Assembly: GCF_000829235.1 (NCBI RefSeq)
Contig: NZ_AP012549.1
Location: forward strand, 1,470,001-1,502,000
Direction of reading: 5' to 3'
Length of the DNA stretch: 32,000 bases
From: a cyanobacterium endosymbiont of Epithemia turgida isolate EtSB Lake Yunoko
GTDB lineage: Bacteria; Cyanobacteriota; Cyanobacteriia; Cyanobacteriales; Microcystaceae
A program made the translations under genes and the position numbers. Under the pieces are notes generated by a model. The model saw only the letters and a program-made list of their open reading frames with translations. It ran no database searches and had not been told where the DNA came from. Within the stretch, counting starts at the first letter, position 1; each line of letters begins with the position of its first letter. Below, piece by piece: positions 10,769 to 19,568 of the stretch.

Positions 10769-11107
10769 TTAATGATTATCGATACTCTCCATGCTTAAAG
10801 GAACTAAATCTCCGTGAATGGTCAATCCCAATAACATAAGTTCGTTTTCTGGAATCAGGTTGCCTGTGAGAACACAGCTTTCATCTTTTCTGGCAAAGGC
10901 TTCGATGGTAGCACGAATATCCATTTTAGAAAAATTAGGTCGGTAATTTCCCGATTTCTGTTGTACATAGTTCCAAAGAATATCTCTGATCAATGCTTGA
11001 TAACCCTGGTTTCCGGCTAATTCTTTGAGCTTTTGTTTTAAGGTTTGTTCTAAGCGAATACTGGTAACTTCCATCTCGGTTGTCGAAATCCGTGGAAGGG
11101 TTCGCAT
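10769..11107 (-). CDS. ribbon-helix-helix (CopG/BrnA-antitoxin-like) domain protein, otherwise uncharacterised
   Basis: The ORF is open to 11137, but the ATG at 11107 has GGAGA 9 nt upstream. The N-terminal VTSIRLEQTLKQKLKELAGNQGYQALIRDILWNYV fits the RHH pattern (IRL..L...LK.LA...G.(P)YQ.LI). A roughly 60-aa C-terminal extension has no family I recognise. The gene has normal coding composition and its own terminator. Confidence 0.6.
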   Translation of the reverse strand: MRTLPRISTTEMEVTSIRLEQTLKQKLKELAGNQGYQALIRDILWNYVQQKSGNYRPNFSKMDIRATIEAFARKDESCVLTGNLIPENELMLLGLTIHGDLVPLSMESIDNH

Positions 11108-11243
11108 AATGTTTGTCTCCAAAAAGTGTGGATGCATGTGCTACAAGTGTATATGAGTACCTCATTGACAAACAAGTAGAAGTTATGAATTAAAAATTAT
11201 GTTGGAATATATGCTTATTGACACGGATAAAGTTATTGCTGAT

Positions 11244-11282
11244 ATATTATGTTCATTGAAACCTATTTAATGAACATAATAT
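11244..11282. repeat. perfect inverted repeat, 14-bp stem / 11-nt loop
   Basis: ATATTATGTTCATT-gaaacctattt-AATGAACATAATAT, read directly. Confidence 0.85.
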
Positions 11283-11801
11283 TATTAAATATAAGGAAAC
11301 TAAATTTTAGATTAAATCTTCTAAAATAAGATTTTAATTTGCTTGAAGAGATAATTTTTCTAAAATTAAATAAAAGTATATAAGGTACCACAAAAAAATA
11401 ATTAAGATTACCTTGTATTGTATAATTATAAATTTATTAATTTCACAGGATTTTTTAAATATTTAGTATTTTATTAATAAATAAATAGTTTGGTTTTTAT
11501 TTAAAAAACAAACTATTTGTTAACTTAATCTTTCTGGAAAGATAGAATATAAAATTGAACACTATTATTCTGTTAATAGCTTTTGCAATACTTTCACTTT
11601 CCCTAAAATCTCTGAATAATTATTTATTAAAAAATAAACTACTATATCATAATCATATTTTTTATCTTTGATATTGGTAATTATTTTATACATTATTTAG
11701 TTTTATTATTCCAAAATTTTAGTTTTATTTATCTTTTTTGTTTGTGAGTTAAACCTAATATAATTTATAGTAAAATTAACTTTGTATAAGAATAATTATT
11801 G

Positions 11802-11836
11802 TTCATATATTTAATAATATTTATTAAATATATGAA
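11802..11836. repeat. perfect inverted repeat, 16-bp stem / 3-nt loop
   Basis: TTCATATATTTAATAA-tat-TTATTAAATATATGAA, read directly. Confidence 0.85.
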
Positions 11837-11910
11837 TATGACCTTTATTTTTATTTTTTAATAATATTTTTATTATTAATAGTATTTGATTGTGTTTAGT
11901 AAGTTTCTGT

Positions 11911-11946
11911 TAGATTCAAGTTAATTCAAGAATTAACTTGAATCTA
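11911..11946. repeat. perfect inverted repeat, 16-bp stem / 4-nt loop (first of a back-to-back pair)
   Basis: TAGATTCAAGTTAATT-caag-AATTAACTTGAATCTA, read directly. Confidence 0.9.
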
Positions 11947-11948
11947 TA

Positions 11949-11993
11949 TAAATAGGCAAGAAATATCTAGAATAGATATTTCTTGCCTATTTA
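11949..11993. repeat. perfect inverted repeat, 20-bp stem / 5-nt loop (second of the pair)
   Basis: TAAATAGGCAAGAAATATCT-agaat-AGATATTTCTTGCCTATTTA, starting 2 nt after the previous hairpin. Confidence 0.9.
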
Positions 11994-12311
11994 GTATGAA
12001 GTCGAAAAAATCATTATTTAACGTTATTTTCATTGCTATTGTTAGTTTTTATAGAAGTATGGATCAATGGGTATAGTCATTCCCTATGAATCACTGATCA
12101 GATCCCTAGTAGTGGATAATATTTAGCATTTACCTTTGAGCGCGATGGAAATTGAGACATCCATCTTTATGATTTGCAACAAAGTCATTTGGTTTCCCTT
12201 TCTAACCTAGTCTCCGTCGAAAAAATTAAAGCTTAAATTAGCTTTGATTAGGCGGTAATCAAGGTTATGTAGCCTATATTTTGACCAAATAAGGTAAACT
12301 TTTATAATTTA

Positions 12312-12347
12312 TAATCAAGATCTGAATGTTGATACAGATCTTGATTA
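12312..12347. repeat. perfect inverted repeat, 13-bp stem / 10-nt loop
   Basis: TAATCAAGATCTG-aatgttgata-CAGATCTTGATTA, read directly. Confidence 0.85.
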
Positions 12348-13205
12348 AGATTAATATTAATATTTAAGATTTTGCTAAACAAATAACTATTAGCAAGGGT
12401 AAAAAAAATAGCTTTTAAAACTAGTTAACTGGGTCGGTAAAATATTATAAATACAGTCAAAATAAATAAAATTTATTATTTTTAAATAGTATTAAATATG
12501 GTTTTATTTGAATAAGTATTTTATTTTTTAATATGTGTAATTTTTCCTTTATGGAGTAATATTATCTACCTATAAAAAAATATTATTTTCGAATTTTATC
12601 ATAATTTTAGTTGATAAAAATTAGATTTTTATCCGTTTTTAACTTTATTTGTTAATAATATTTACTGTTTTTTATTATATTTTTTTAAAAAATATAAAGC
12701 TTAGGTATCGTAGTTGGGTTTATTGAAGCAAAAAATTTTTATTTTTTCTATTATTTTGTACTATTTTAGTTACTTTGTAGTGTAAATTTTAACTATAAAA
12801 TAATGAAATACCTAATAGGGATTATTTAATTACTCCTTTTATAATCATAAAGTTGTACTAAAATTTTTATGTTGTGCTATATTTGCTATCATTGCAGCTT
12901 GTAGTATTAACCTATATAATATTTTTTTATATATAAACTAATCTCTTACATTTCAGTTAAAACTTTTTTTAAAAAATCAAATAACTATTCTACTATCTTT
13001 CCATATCTTCTTGCTTCTATGATTTCTACGCTCACTCCTCTATATAAATCTACTAATACTACATAATAATTTTCTTATTCTTTAATTATAAGAATTTCAT
13101 TAAATGTTAACTGTTTCAATATATAATATTTCTTTTATAAATTTTTAATTTCAATTTTTGAATATTTTTTATTTACTTATTTTATTGCCTTCAATTGTAC
13201 ACATA

Positions 13206-13240
13206 ATATAAAAAATATATTTTGAATATATTTTTTATAT
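13206..13240. repeat. perfect inverted repeat, 16-bp stem / 3-nt loop
   Basis: ATATAAAAAATATATT-ttg-AATATATTTTTTATAT. The arms are pure A/T. Confidence 0.8.
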
Positions 13241-13527
13241 ACTTTTTGTTTAAAAAAGATGTTTTCATAATTAATTTTATAGTAGATACTATTATCGACT
13301 CAAGATAAAGTAAATATACAATAGTTGATTTATCATCATAGTGAAATTTATGGGTATTTATGATACAACATAATAATTTTATTTTTATCTTGCTTAAAAC
13401 CTAATAATTGGCAATATTAACTTCTCTTAAACTTAAAATTCTACTCATTAAATTGAATTAAGTATTTTATATTTTAGATATAAAGTAAGTTAAATTTTAA
13501 GTTTAAAATAATTTGATCTAAACAAAG

Positions 13528-13567
13528 AAGCCGCTGCTGTACTACTTATATAGTACAGCAGCGGCTT
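13528..13567. terminator. orphan GC-rich bidirectional terminator-like hairpin, 16-bp stem / 8-nt loop
   Basis: AAGCCGCTGCTGTACT-acttatat-AGTACAGCAGCGGCTT, flanked by an A-rich run upstream and TTTTAA downstream. The minus strand reads ...GGCUUCUUUGUUU after the stem. It is the most GC-rich element in the desert and is not adjacent to any intact gene end. Confidence 0.55.
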
Positions 13568-13940
13568 TTAATCTATTAATAGAGTATAATTTATGGCATA
13601 ACTTGTATCACTACAACAAAGAGAAATTTAATTTTAATTAACCTAGAGTTTGATCGCATAGATATACACGCGTAATGTAGCTTTTTGAGTTAAAGTCTGG
13701 AGAAATCTCCGGTTTCGAACTGGATTATTTAACCAAAAACCTCAGTGATCACACTAGTCGAATGATTGAAGTCTATAATACTGAAGTTAACTTGATGACT
13801 GTACATAGAAAAAAATAATCAATTAAATCTTCTAAAATTAGATAATTGATGTTGCGAAGATGTACCTTGATCCATCGTTGAGTTATAATGCTCAAACTAC
13901 GTTAGTAGATAATAAGTCACTTTACTTAATCAAACGATAA

Positions 13941-14177
13941 ATGACTATTCCAACCTTTACTCATTCTTTTTTACCTGACCATCAGTCTCCTATTAGTTCC
14001 TCAACTCAGCTGCGCTCACAAACAAAGATAGAGTCTAATTCGGTAAAACAACTGAGCAAATCCTATCAAGGATATCAAGCAATACAGCAACTCAAATATT
14101 TACATCTAGAAGCCGAAATTGACGTTCTTCTACAAGAGTTACAGACAATGAAGCAAAATAATCAAATGGAGAGTTAA
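13941..14177 (+). CDS. hypothetical small protein (78 aa), C-terminal coiled-coil-like
   Basis: The ORF has coding-like composition and ends 4 nt before the large bidirectional terminator. It ends ...YLHLEAEIDVLLQELQTMKQNNQMES. No family recognised. Confidence 0.4.
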   Translation: MTIPTFTHSFLPDHQSPISSSTQLRSQTKIESNSVKQLSKSYQGYQAIQQLKYLHLEAEIDVLLQELQTMKQNNQMES

Positions 14178-14180
14178 TCC

Positions 14181-14235
14181 TAATCAAAGATAATAAAAGG
14201 CAATCAATCTGATTGCCTTTTATTATCTTTGATTA
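14181..14235. terminator. bidirectional intrinsic terminator shared by ORF 13941..14177 and rpe; 25-bp perfect stem
   Basis: TAATCAAAGATAATAAAAGGCAATC-aatct-GATTGCCTTTTATTATCTTTGATTA. The arms are exact reverse complements. It sits between two convergent stop codons (14177 and 14258). Confidence 0.75.
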
Positions 14236-14257
14236 CATACAAGCATAAAATTAAAAG

Positions 14258-14959
14258 TTAAACTGCTGCTAACTCTGGCTGAGGACGCTTGCTGTTTCGA
14301 ATTTTTTTAATAGCTTCCTCATAGCTAGAAGCTTTAAATATCGCTGATCCGGCAACAATAGCGTTAGCACCTGCTTCTAACACTTGCCAAGTATTGTCTG
14401 GTTTTAAACCTCCATCGACCTCAATCCAAGGATCTAGTCCGCGATCATCACACATCTGACGAAGTGTATTGATTTTGCCTATCATTTCGGGAATAAAGCT
14501 TTGACCGCCAAATCCTGGATTAACACTCATAATCAGTACTAAGTCACATAGTTCCAAAACGTGCTCGATGAAGTTTAAGGGAGTAGAAGGATTAAGAACT
14601 ACGCCAGCTTTTTTCCCTAATTCTCGAATTTGTCCTAGGGTCCGGTGTAGATGCGGGGAAGCGTTATGTTCGGCATGAACAGAAATGATATCAGCACCAG
14701 CCTGGGCAAAATCAGCAACATATTTTTCAGGTTCAACGATCATTAAGTGAACATCCAAAAGCTTGTTAGTGTATGGACGAATCGCCTTAATGACTAGTGG
14801 ACCAATAGTGATGTTAGGGACAAAACGACCGTCCATGACATCAACATGAATCCAATCAGCTCCTGCTTTGTCTACGGCTCGAACTTCTTCTCCTAAAAGG
14901 CTGAAGTCAGCTGAAAGAATAGAAGGGGAAATTACGATGGATTTAGTAGATTGGCTCAT
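14258..14959 (-). CDS. rpe: ribulose-phosphate 3-epimerase
   Basis: 233-aa ORF with canonical Rpe blocks: [42 protein letters not shown]. Confidence 0.95.
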   Translation of the reverse strand: MSQSTKSIVISPSILSADFSLLGEEVRAVDKAGADWIHVDVMDGRFVPNITIGPLVIKAIRPYTNKLLDVHLMIVEPEKYVADFAQAGADIISVHAEHNASPHLHRTLGQIRELGKKAGVVLNPSTPLNFIEHVLELCDLVLIMSVNPGFGGQSFIPEMIGKINTLRQMCDDRGLDPWIEVDGGLKPDNTWQVLEAGANAIVAGSAIFKASSYEEAIKKIRNSKRPQPELAAV

Positions 14960-15359
14960 AACTTTAGAATGTTCTTCAATGGCTCGCTTGTGATATTAAT
15001 TTTAACAAAGTTCTAAAAATATACCTAATCATGATTTATATAGATAGCTATAATTGTCTTATTCTATCTTGGTTGACTTTAGGATTAAAATCAATTATAA
15101 ATCTTACTAAGAAGCCAATTGAGAATAATACCTAAAATCAAAAAGTTATTATTGTATTACATAGAGGTTGTCATAATTTGTATTATAGGTTGAAACTAAG
15201 ATGAATATTTATTGAACGTACAATTATGGTCACAGTTAAATAAAGAAGAACAAAAATAATCAAAAATATATCAGTCACTAAAAATTTAGTTAAACAAATA
15301 AAATAGGAAAAAGTCAATAATTTCAAATAACTATCTCAGATAGGTTACATTTATATTTT

Positions 15360-15977
15360 TTAATGTATAAAACTGCTAATCAACCAAAATACAACAAGTG
15401 TAACGATGCCTGTTAGCTGATCTGGAGCTAAAATAATACTAAAATTAGTATTCTTGAGTAAACTAATAATAATTGTCCCTGATACTATACCGATGAATAA
15501 ACCAATGATAGTTATGAAAAAAGCTCTTGCAAAACGTTGCTCTTTACGGTTAAGAAAATAGATATTGGCAAAAACCCCTAAAACCAAAATAAAAGGAATT
15601 TTACTGGAAGATATAAGCATAATAAAGGTACTTAAAGCTGTAAATATCCCAGCCATCCCAAAAATATCATTAAAAGATGGTGTATCAATCAAACTTTGTA
15701 ACCACGGGAGAGAATCATCTAAGGATAAAAAAAGAGGAGTTGAAGATATTTCTAGTGATTTTTCTGGGAAACGTATACGATCTGGCACTTTAATTTTTCC
15801 TTCTTGTCTCATTCTAAGACGATCCATAATAATGGCATCATAGGCTACTTCAATGGTTTCAACTACTTTATTATCTTCACGATACTTTTGCCTCAAGTGA
15901 TTTTTAGCTTCTTGGATTTCTTCAAATGAGGCTGAATCATTAATTCCCAGGACCTCATAGGGACTTTGTTCACTCAT
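15360..15977 (-). CDS. J-domain-like membrane protein (DUF3353 / plant CPP1-CDF1-like)
   Basis: 205 aa. The N-terminal region SPYEVLGINDSASFEEIQEAKNHL is J-like, followed by three to four hydrophobic helices. This is the architecture of the cyanobacterial/plastid CPP1 family. Confidence 0.75.
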   Translation of the reverse strand: MSEQSPYEVLGINDSASFEEIQEAKNHLRQKYREDNKVVETIEVAYDAIIMDRLRMRQEGKIKVPDRIRFPEKSLEISSTPLFLSLDDSLPWLQSLIDTPSFNDIFGMAGIFTALSTFIMLISSSKIPFILVLGVFANIYFLNRKEQRFARAFFITIIGLFIGIVSGTIIISLLKNTNFSIILAPDQLTGIVTLVVFWLISSFIH

Positions 15978-16052
15978 CTAAAATTTCCTCTTAGAACATT
16001 TCTCTAGCTTATTTAAGCTACTCAACAAATTAAACGACAATTTTGAGATTGT

Positions 16053-16337
16053 CTATTTTTTTTGCGTATTATTAATCGTCTCCTTTGTAGGATTGTTTAA
16101 AAAAGATGGTTGAACAGTTGTATTTTCTTCTAATTGGGCTTTCATCGTGACAGAATTTTCTAACTTTTGGGCTTCACGTTTAAACTCATTTTCAAACTCT
16201 TTAGAGGCTTCTTGGAAGCCTCTAATAGCTTTGCCTAAACTCCGTCCAATTTCTGGCAGTTTCTTGGGTCCGAAGATTAATAAAGAAACTGCAAAAATCA
16301 ACACCATTTCTGGGAGTCCAATACCAAAAACGTTCAT
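16053..16337 (-). CDS. tatA: twin-arginine translocase subunit TatA/E
   Basis: MNVFGIGLPEMVLIFAVSLLIFGPKKLPEIGRSLGKAIRGFQEASKEF is a textbook TatA. The track starts at 16343, but GAGGA directly abuts that ATG, so the second ATG at 16337 has the proper SD spacing. Confidence 0.9.
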   Translation of the reverse strand: MNVFGIGLPEMVLIFAVSLLIFGPKKLPEIGRSLGKAIRGFQEASKEFENEFKREAQKLENSVTMKAQLEENTTVQPSFLNNPTKETINNTQKK

Positions 16338-17126
16338 AAACATTCCTCTACATTAGTTAATGACCATTGTTGATCTGTGACGATGGCTAACACTCACACT
16401 GTTATCCTAAGTAAACTGACCCAGCAGCATATTTAATAACGACTTTTAAAACCCGATAAAAATGATAAGTTATAAGTTAACTATTAACCTATTAAATTCA
16501 TGGAGCTTTACACTAAAAAAACTAATCTCCTATAAACTGCAATCGAGACTAATCTCTTGACAGTAAATATTTAGATAATCAAGAAAAAATTGTAATCGTG
16601 TTAGGATGATTAGCAGAAATACTGAAAATGATCTCTCTCATTATGACGAATGGTTACCTAGCGAGGAGCTACCCTACCGCACTCAGAGCCAAGTGCTCTG
16701 AGCAGATCTATTAAGCTAGTACGCTGCGCGATAAACGATAAATTAATTTTGTCTCTAAATCTAAAAACGTTGTCTGTTCCGCTTTGATTGAGTGGATTTC
16801 TTTATAAGTAATTGCGCGTCAGGGACTACTGGTTCACCCAAATCTCTTAACTATTTCTATCTTAGAAGCAGTTAGTTACAAGCAGATGTTTCCCAGTTGT
16901 TTACTTAATTAAACCCAGTTTTATACCTCTTACGACATTGTTAATAAATGAACATTCTAGCATACACTGGCTATAAATTTGCCAACTGTTGCACGGATTT
17001 TGCTAGTTTAAGTTCTCTTCTCCTTTTACTGTCACAAGACCCCCAGTATATTTTCGTTATGTATCACGCTACGCCAATATTCTCTATAATTCTCTTAAAA
17101 TGTGTTTTAAAAACAATCTCTGAGAC

Positions 17127-17603
17127 TTAAAAGTTTGACTGCTGAGAAGATGATGGACCAGAAAAACTAGCAATTAATAGAAAAATAATCCCAAAATTGA
17201 TAAACACATCAGCTAAGTTAAAAACTGGAAACTGAATTAATCGAAAATCCAGAAAATCAACCACATATCCAAAGCAAAAACGATCTATTCCATTTCCTAA
17301 AGCTCCTGCTAGGATAAGTCCATAACCCAACTGTTCTGTAAACCTCATTTTATTCCCCCACCAAGCTAAAACCATTAAACCTAGACTAACTCCCAACGAA
17401 AGCCAGCGCAGCCATTTTGCCCCTCCAGTAAAAAAACTAAAGGCAGCCCCTGTGTTAATAACATAGGTAAAATGGAATACCCCTGACCAGATATGAATAG
17501 TTTGTCCTAAATTGGTAAACGACTGAGTAACCCAATATTTAGTTATTTGATCAATTATTAAACCAGCTAAGCCAACCAGCCAAAAAAAACTGTTTTTTTT
17601 CAT
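17127..17603 (-). CDS. lspA: lipoprotein signal peptidase II
   Basis: 158 aa with four TM segments. It carries conserved LspA motifs NTGAAFS and GNGIDRFCFGYVVDF...FNLAD. Confidence 0.9.
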   Translation of the reverse strand: MKKNSFFWLVGLAGLIIDQITKYWVTQSFTNLGQTIHIWSGVFHFTYVINTGAAFSFFTGGAKWLRWLSLGVSLGLMVLAWWGNKMRFTEQLGYGLILAGALGNGIDRFCFGYVVDFLDFRLIQFPVFNLADVFINFGIIFLLIASFSGPSSSQQSNF

Positions 17604-17661
17604 GTACGCTTGCCATATTTAGGATAATTTTTAACCCTAATTTTTGCTCAAATGAAGTTTA

Positions 17662-18246
17662 TTAATAAAATAAGAGTTGACGTAAAATGAAAGCCGCTAC
17701 AGCGACGGCACAAGTAATTGCTAACTGACTAGGCAAGGGATTAGTGGAATAATTCATGATCAACTTAGGCAAACTCTTAGGAGAAATTATTGTAGGATTT
17801 AAAAAGGATAACCCGACTAGATACACCAAGCCACATAAATGAATCATCAATAGTCCACAGACAGCACTCCAAGCCAAACACTCCAGTCTTCGCCTAGTAC
17901 GAAAAGCCATCAAACCACATAGCCAAGCTCCTGGGATAAACCCCAACAAATAGCCAAAACTAGGCTCTTGCCAGTAATTCAGACTCCCACCTTGAGCAAA
18001 TACAGGTAATCCAAATAAACCCAGGAAAACATAAGCAATTTGTGATATGACCCCGGCATTTTTTCCTCCCACACACCCAGTTAACAACACGGCTCCTACT
18101 TGAAAGGTTACGCCCAGAGGTATGGATTCAACTCCTTGTTGTTCCCAATTCCACGGCAAGCCCACGATAAAGGACTGCACAAATGTACTGAAAATCGTCA
18201 ACAATAGACCAATTATTGCCCAGAGAAATTCATTGGTAGCAGACAC
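17662..18246 (-). CDS. bioY: biotin transporter BioY (ECF S-component family)
   Basis: 194 aa with a GTG start. It is polytopic and BioY-like through FQVGAVLLTGCVGGKNAGVISQIAYVFLGLFGLPVFAQGG and GYLLGFIPGAW. Confidence 0.85.
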   Translation of the reverse strand: MSATNEFLWAIIGLLLTIFSTFVQSFIVGLPWNWEQQGVESIPLGVTFQVGAVLLTGCVGGKNAGVISQIAYVFLGLFGLPVFAQGGSLNYWQEPSFGYLLGFIPGAWLCGLMAFRTRRRLECLAWSAVCGLLMIHLCGLVYLVGLSFLNPTIISPKSLPKLIMNYSTNPLPSQLAITCAVAVAAFILRQLLFY

Positions 18247-18295
18247 CTTAAATCGGGGTAGTTTTGAGGTAACGACGGGTTTTTATTTTTTGTAA

Positions 18296-19345
18296 TTATG
18301 TTTGATATTTACCAGGAACTGGAGCTTCACCCCCTTATAGTCCTAACAATTCAACCATAGTAATATCTCGTTCTGGAAGCTATCCGAAGGTTGTGAGATA
18401 GTGCCCAATTAGCATAGCATTAATTTCAGACTTTAACCCTAGACTTTGTAATTCGCCTATAGTTTGGTTTTGCCCTCCAGCATAACGTAGGATTTGTTGG
18501 GGTAGGATAAAGCGAAAGATAGAAAAGTTTTGAACCCGTCAAAAAGTTTGAGTGAAGAACGTTCTCCTAGGGAAGTTCCTTTTTTAGGGTTAAACAAATT
18601 TATAGGAATAGATTCTATTCCTAATTCTCGCAAAGACAAAGAGAGATCTATTTGATCTTTCCAGGTTTCTTCCATGCCCAAAATGCCTCCTGTACAGGAA
18701 TGAATACCTGCTTCTTTAATGTTCTTAACAGTTTTAATGCGATTATACTGTGGCTGGTAACGATTTCAGGATAAAAGTTATCGTAGGTTTCTAGATTATG
18801 ATTATAGCGGGTAACTTCAGCTGCTCTCAAGAACCGGCTTGCTCGGAAGTAATTTCTCTCAAAGTAAAGCAGGGTTTAATGCCTGTTTCGCGGCTAATTG
18901 GTTTAACAGTTTCTAAAATTAGCTCAAATTATGTGAAGTTTGCTCCTAGTTATTTAGAATTTCGCTCTTGACTTACTAAATAAAATGGCTTTGTTTTTGC
19001 TGCTGTGGATTTAGCTTGGTCAATAATTTTTTTTGGGGACTTTAGCTGCTAAATGGGGGAATCTTCTCCCTGATGATGAACAGGCTGAGAACAAAAGCTA
19101 TAATCTTCTGAACAGCTCTCCGATTTAACCTTGAAAATGCTGCACAGATCCACTGTTGTTCCACAACAGACATGTTTAATACAGTCAGCCACCTCCCTAG
19201 CATAGTAACAGAATATTTTTTTGTCCTTTAATTTCTGTGAGGGGTAAGGATTCTGCTCTATTAGTGTGAATACCCTCAATAATGTTCTAGGTTAATTTAT
19301 TAAGCCAGTCCTTTAAAGTTTGTTTCCCTTGATGAAGTAGGAAAA
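18296..19345 (-). pseudogene. bioB: biotin synthase pseudogene
   Basis: Colinear BioB similarity runs along about 1.05 kb of the minus strand but is split over at least 4 frame segments with several in-frame stops. Readable segments are LKDWLNKLT*NIIEG, CGTTVDLCSIFKVKSESCSEDYSFCSQPVHHQGEDSPI, IIDQAKSTAAKTKPFYLVSQERNSK*, AAEVTRYNHNLETYDNFYPEIVTSHS, GMEETWKDQIDLSLSLRELGIESIPINLFNP and GELQSLGLKSEINAMLIGHYLTTFG*LPERD...GL*GGEAP. The radical-SAM CxxxCxxC motif reads CSEDYSFC, so the middle Cys is replaced by Tyr. Confidence 0.9.
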
Positions 19346-19568
19346 TGGTTGGAGGAGAGGAGGATACAGATATTTAAACTACAATTGGCTTTCCTTGATG
19401 CTGTTTTAAAACCATATGGATGATATCATGAGAATTTCCTGTCTTTCTGTCTGTCTGAACTGATATAGTTTTAGCTAAAAGTGTATGTAAAAATCTAACT
19501 TCTTTGCCCTTGATAAATAGGTTAATTTGGTTATAATATTGACAATGAAAGAACTAAAGTAGTCCATC

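Noticed and set aside
10935-11171. 78-aa ORF overlapping the RHH gene in another frame
   Set aside because: It shadows the better-supported RHH ORF, which has an SD, a terminator and a recognisable domain.
15565-15843. 92-aa plus-strand ORF
   Set aside because: It is antisense shadow inside the J-domain membrane protein gene.
16147-16356. 69-aa plus-strand ORF
   Set aside because: It is antisense shadow of tatA.
16948-17130. 60-aa plus-strand ORF
   Set aside because: No start context or homology. It overlaps the lspA 3' end. It is treated as part of the unexplained tatA-lspA spacer instead.
18457-19279. Three separate track ORFs (74, 60, 76 aa)
   Set aside because: They are not independent genes. 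They are consecutive fragments of the bioB pseudogene in three different frames.
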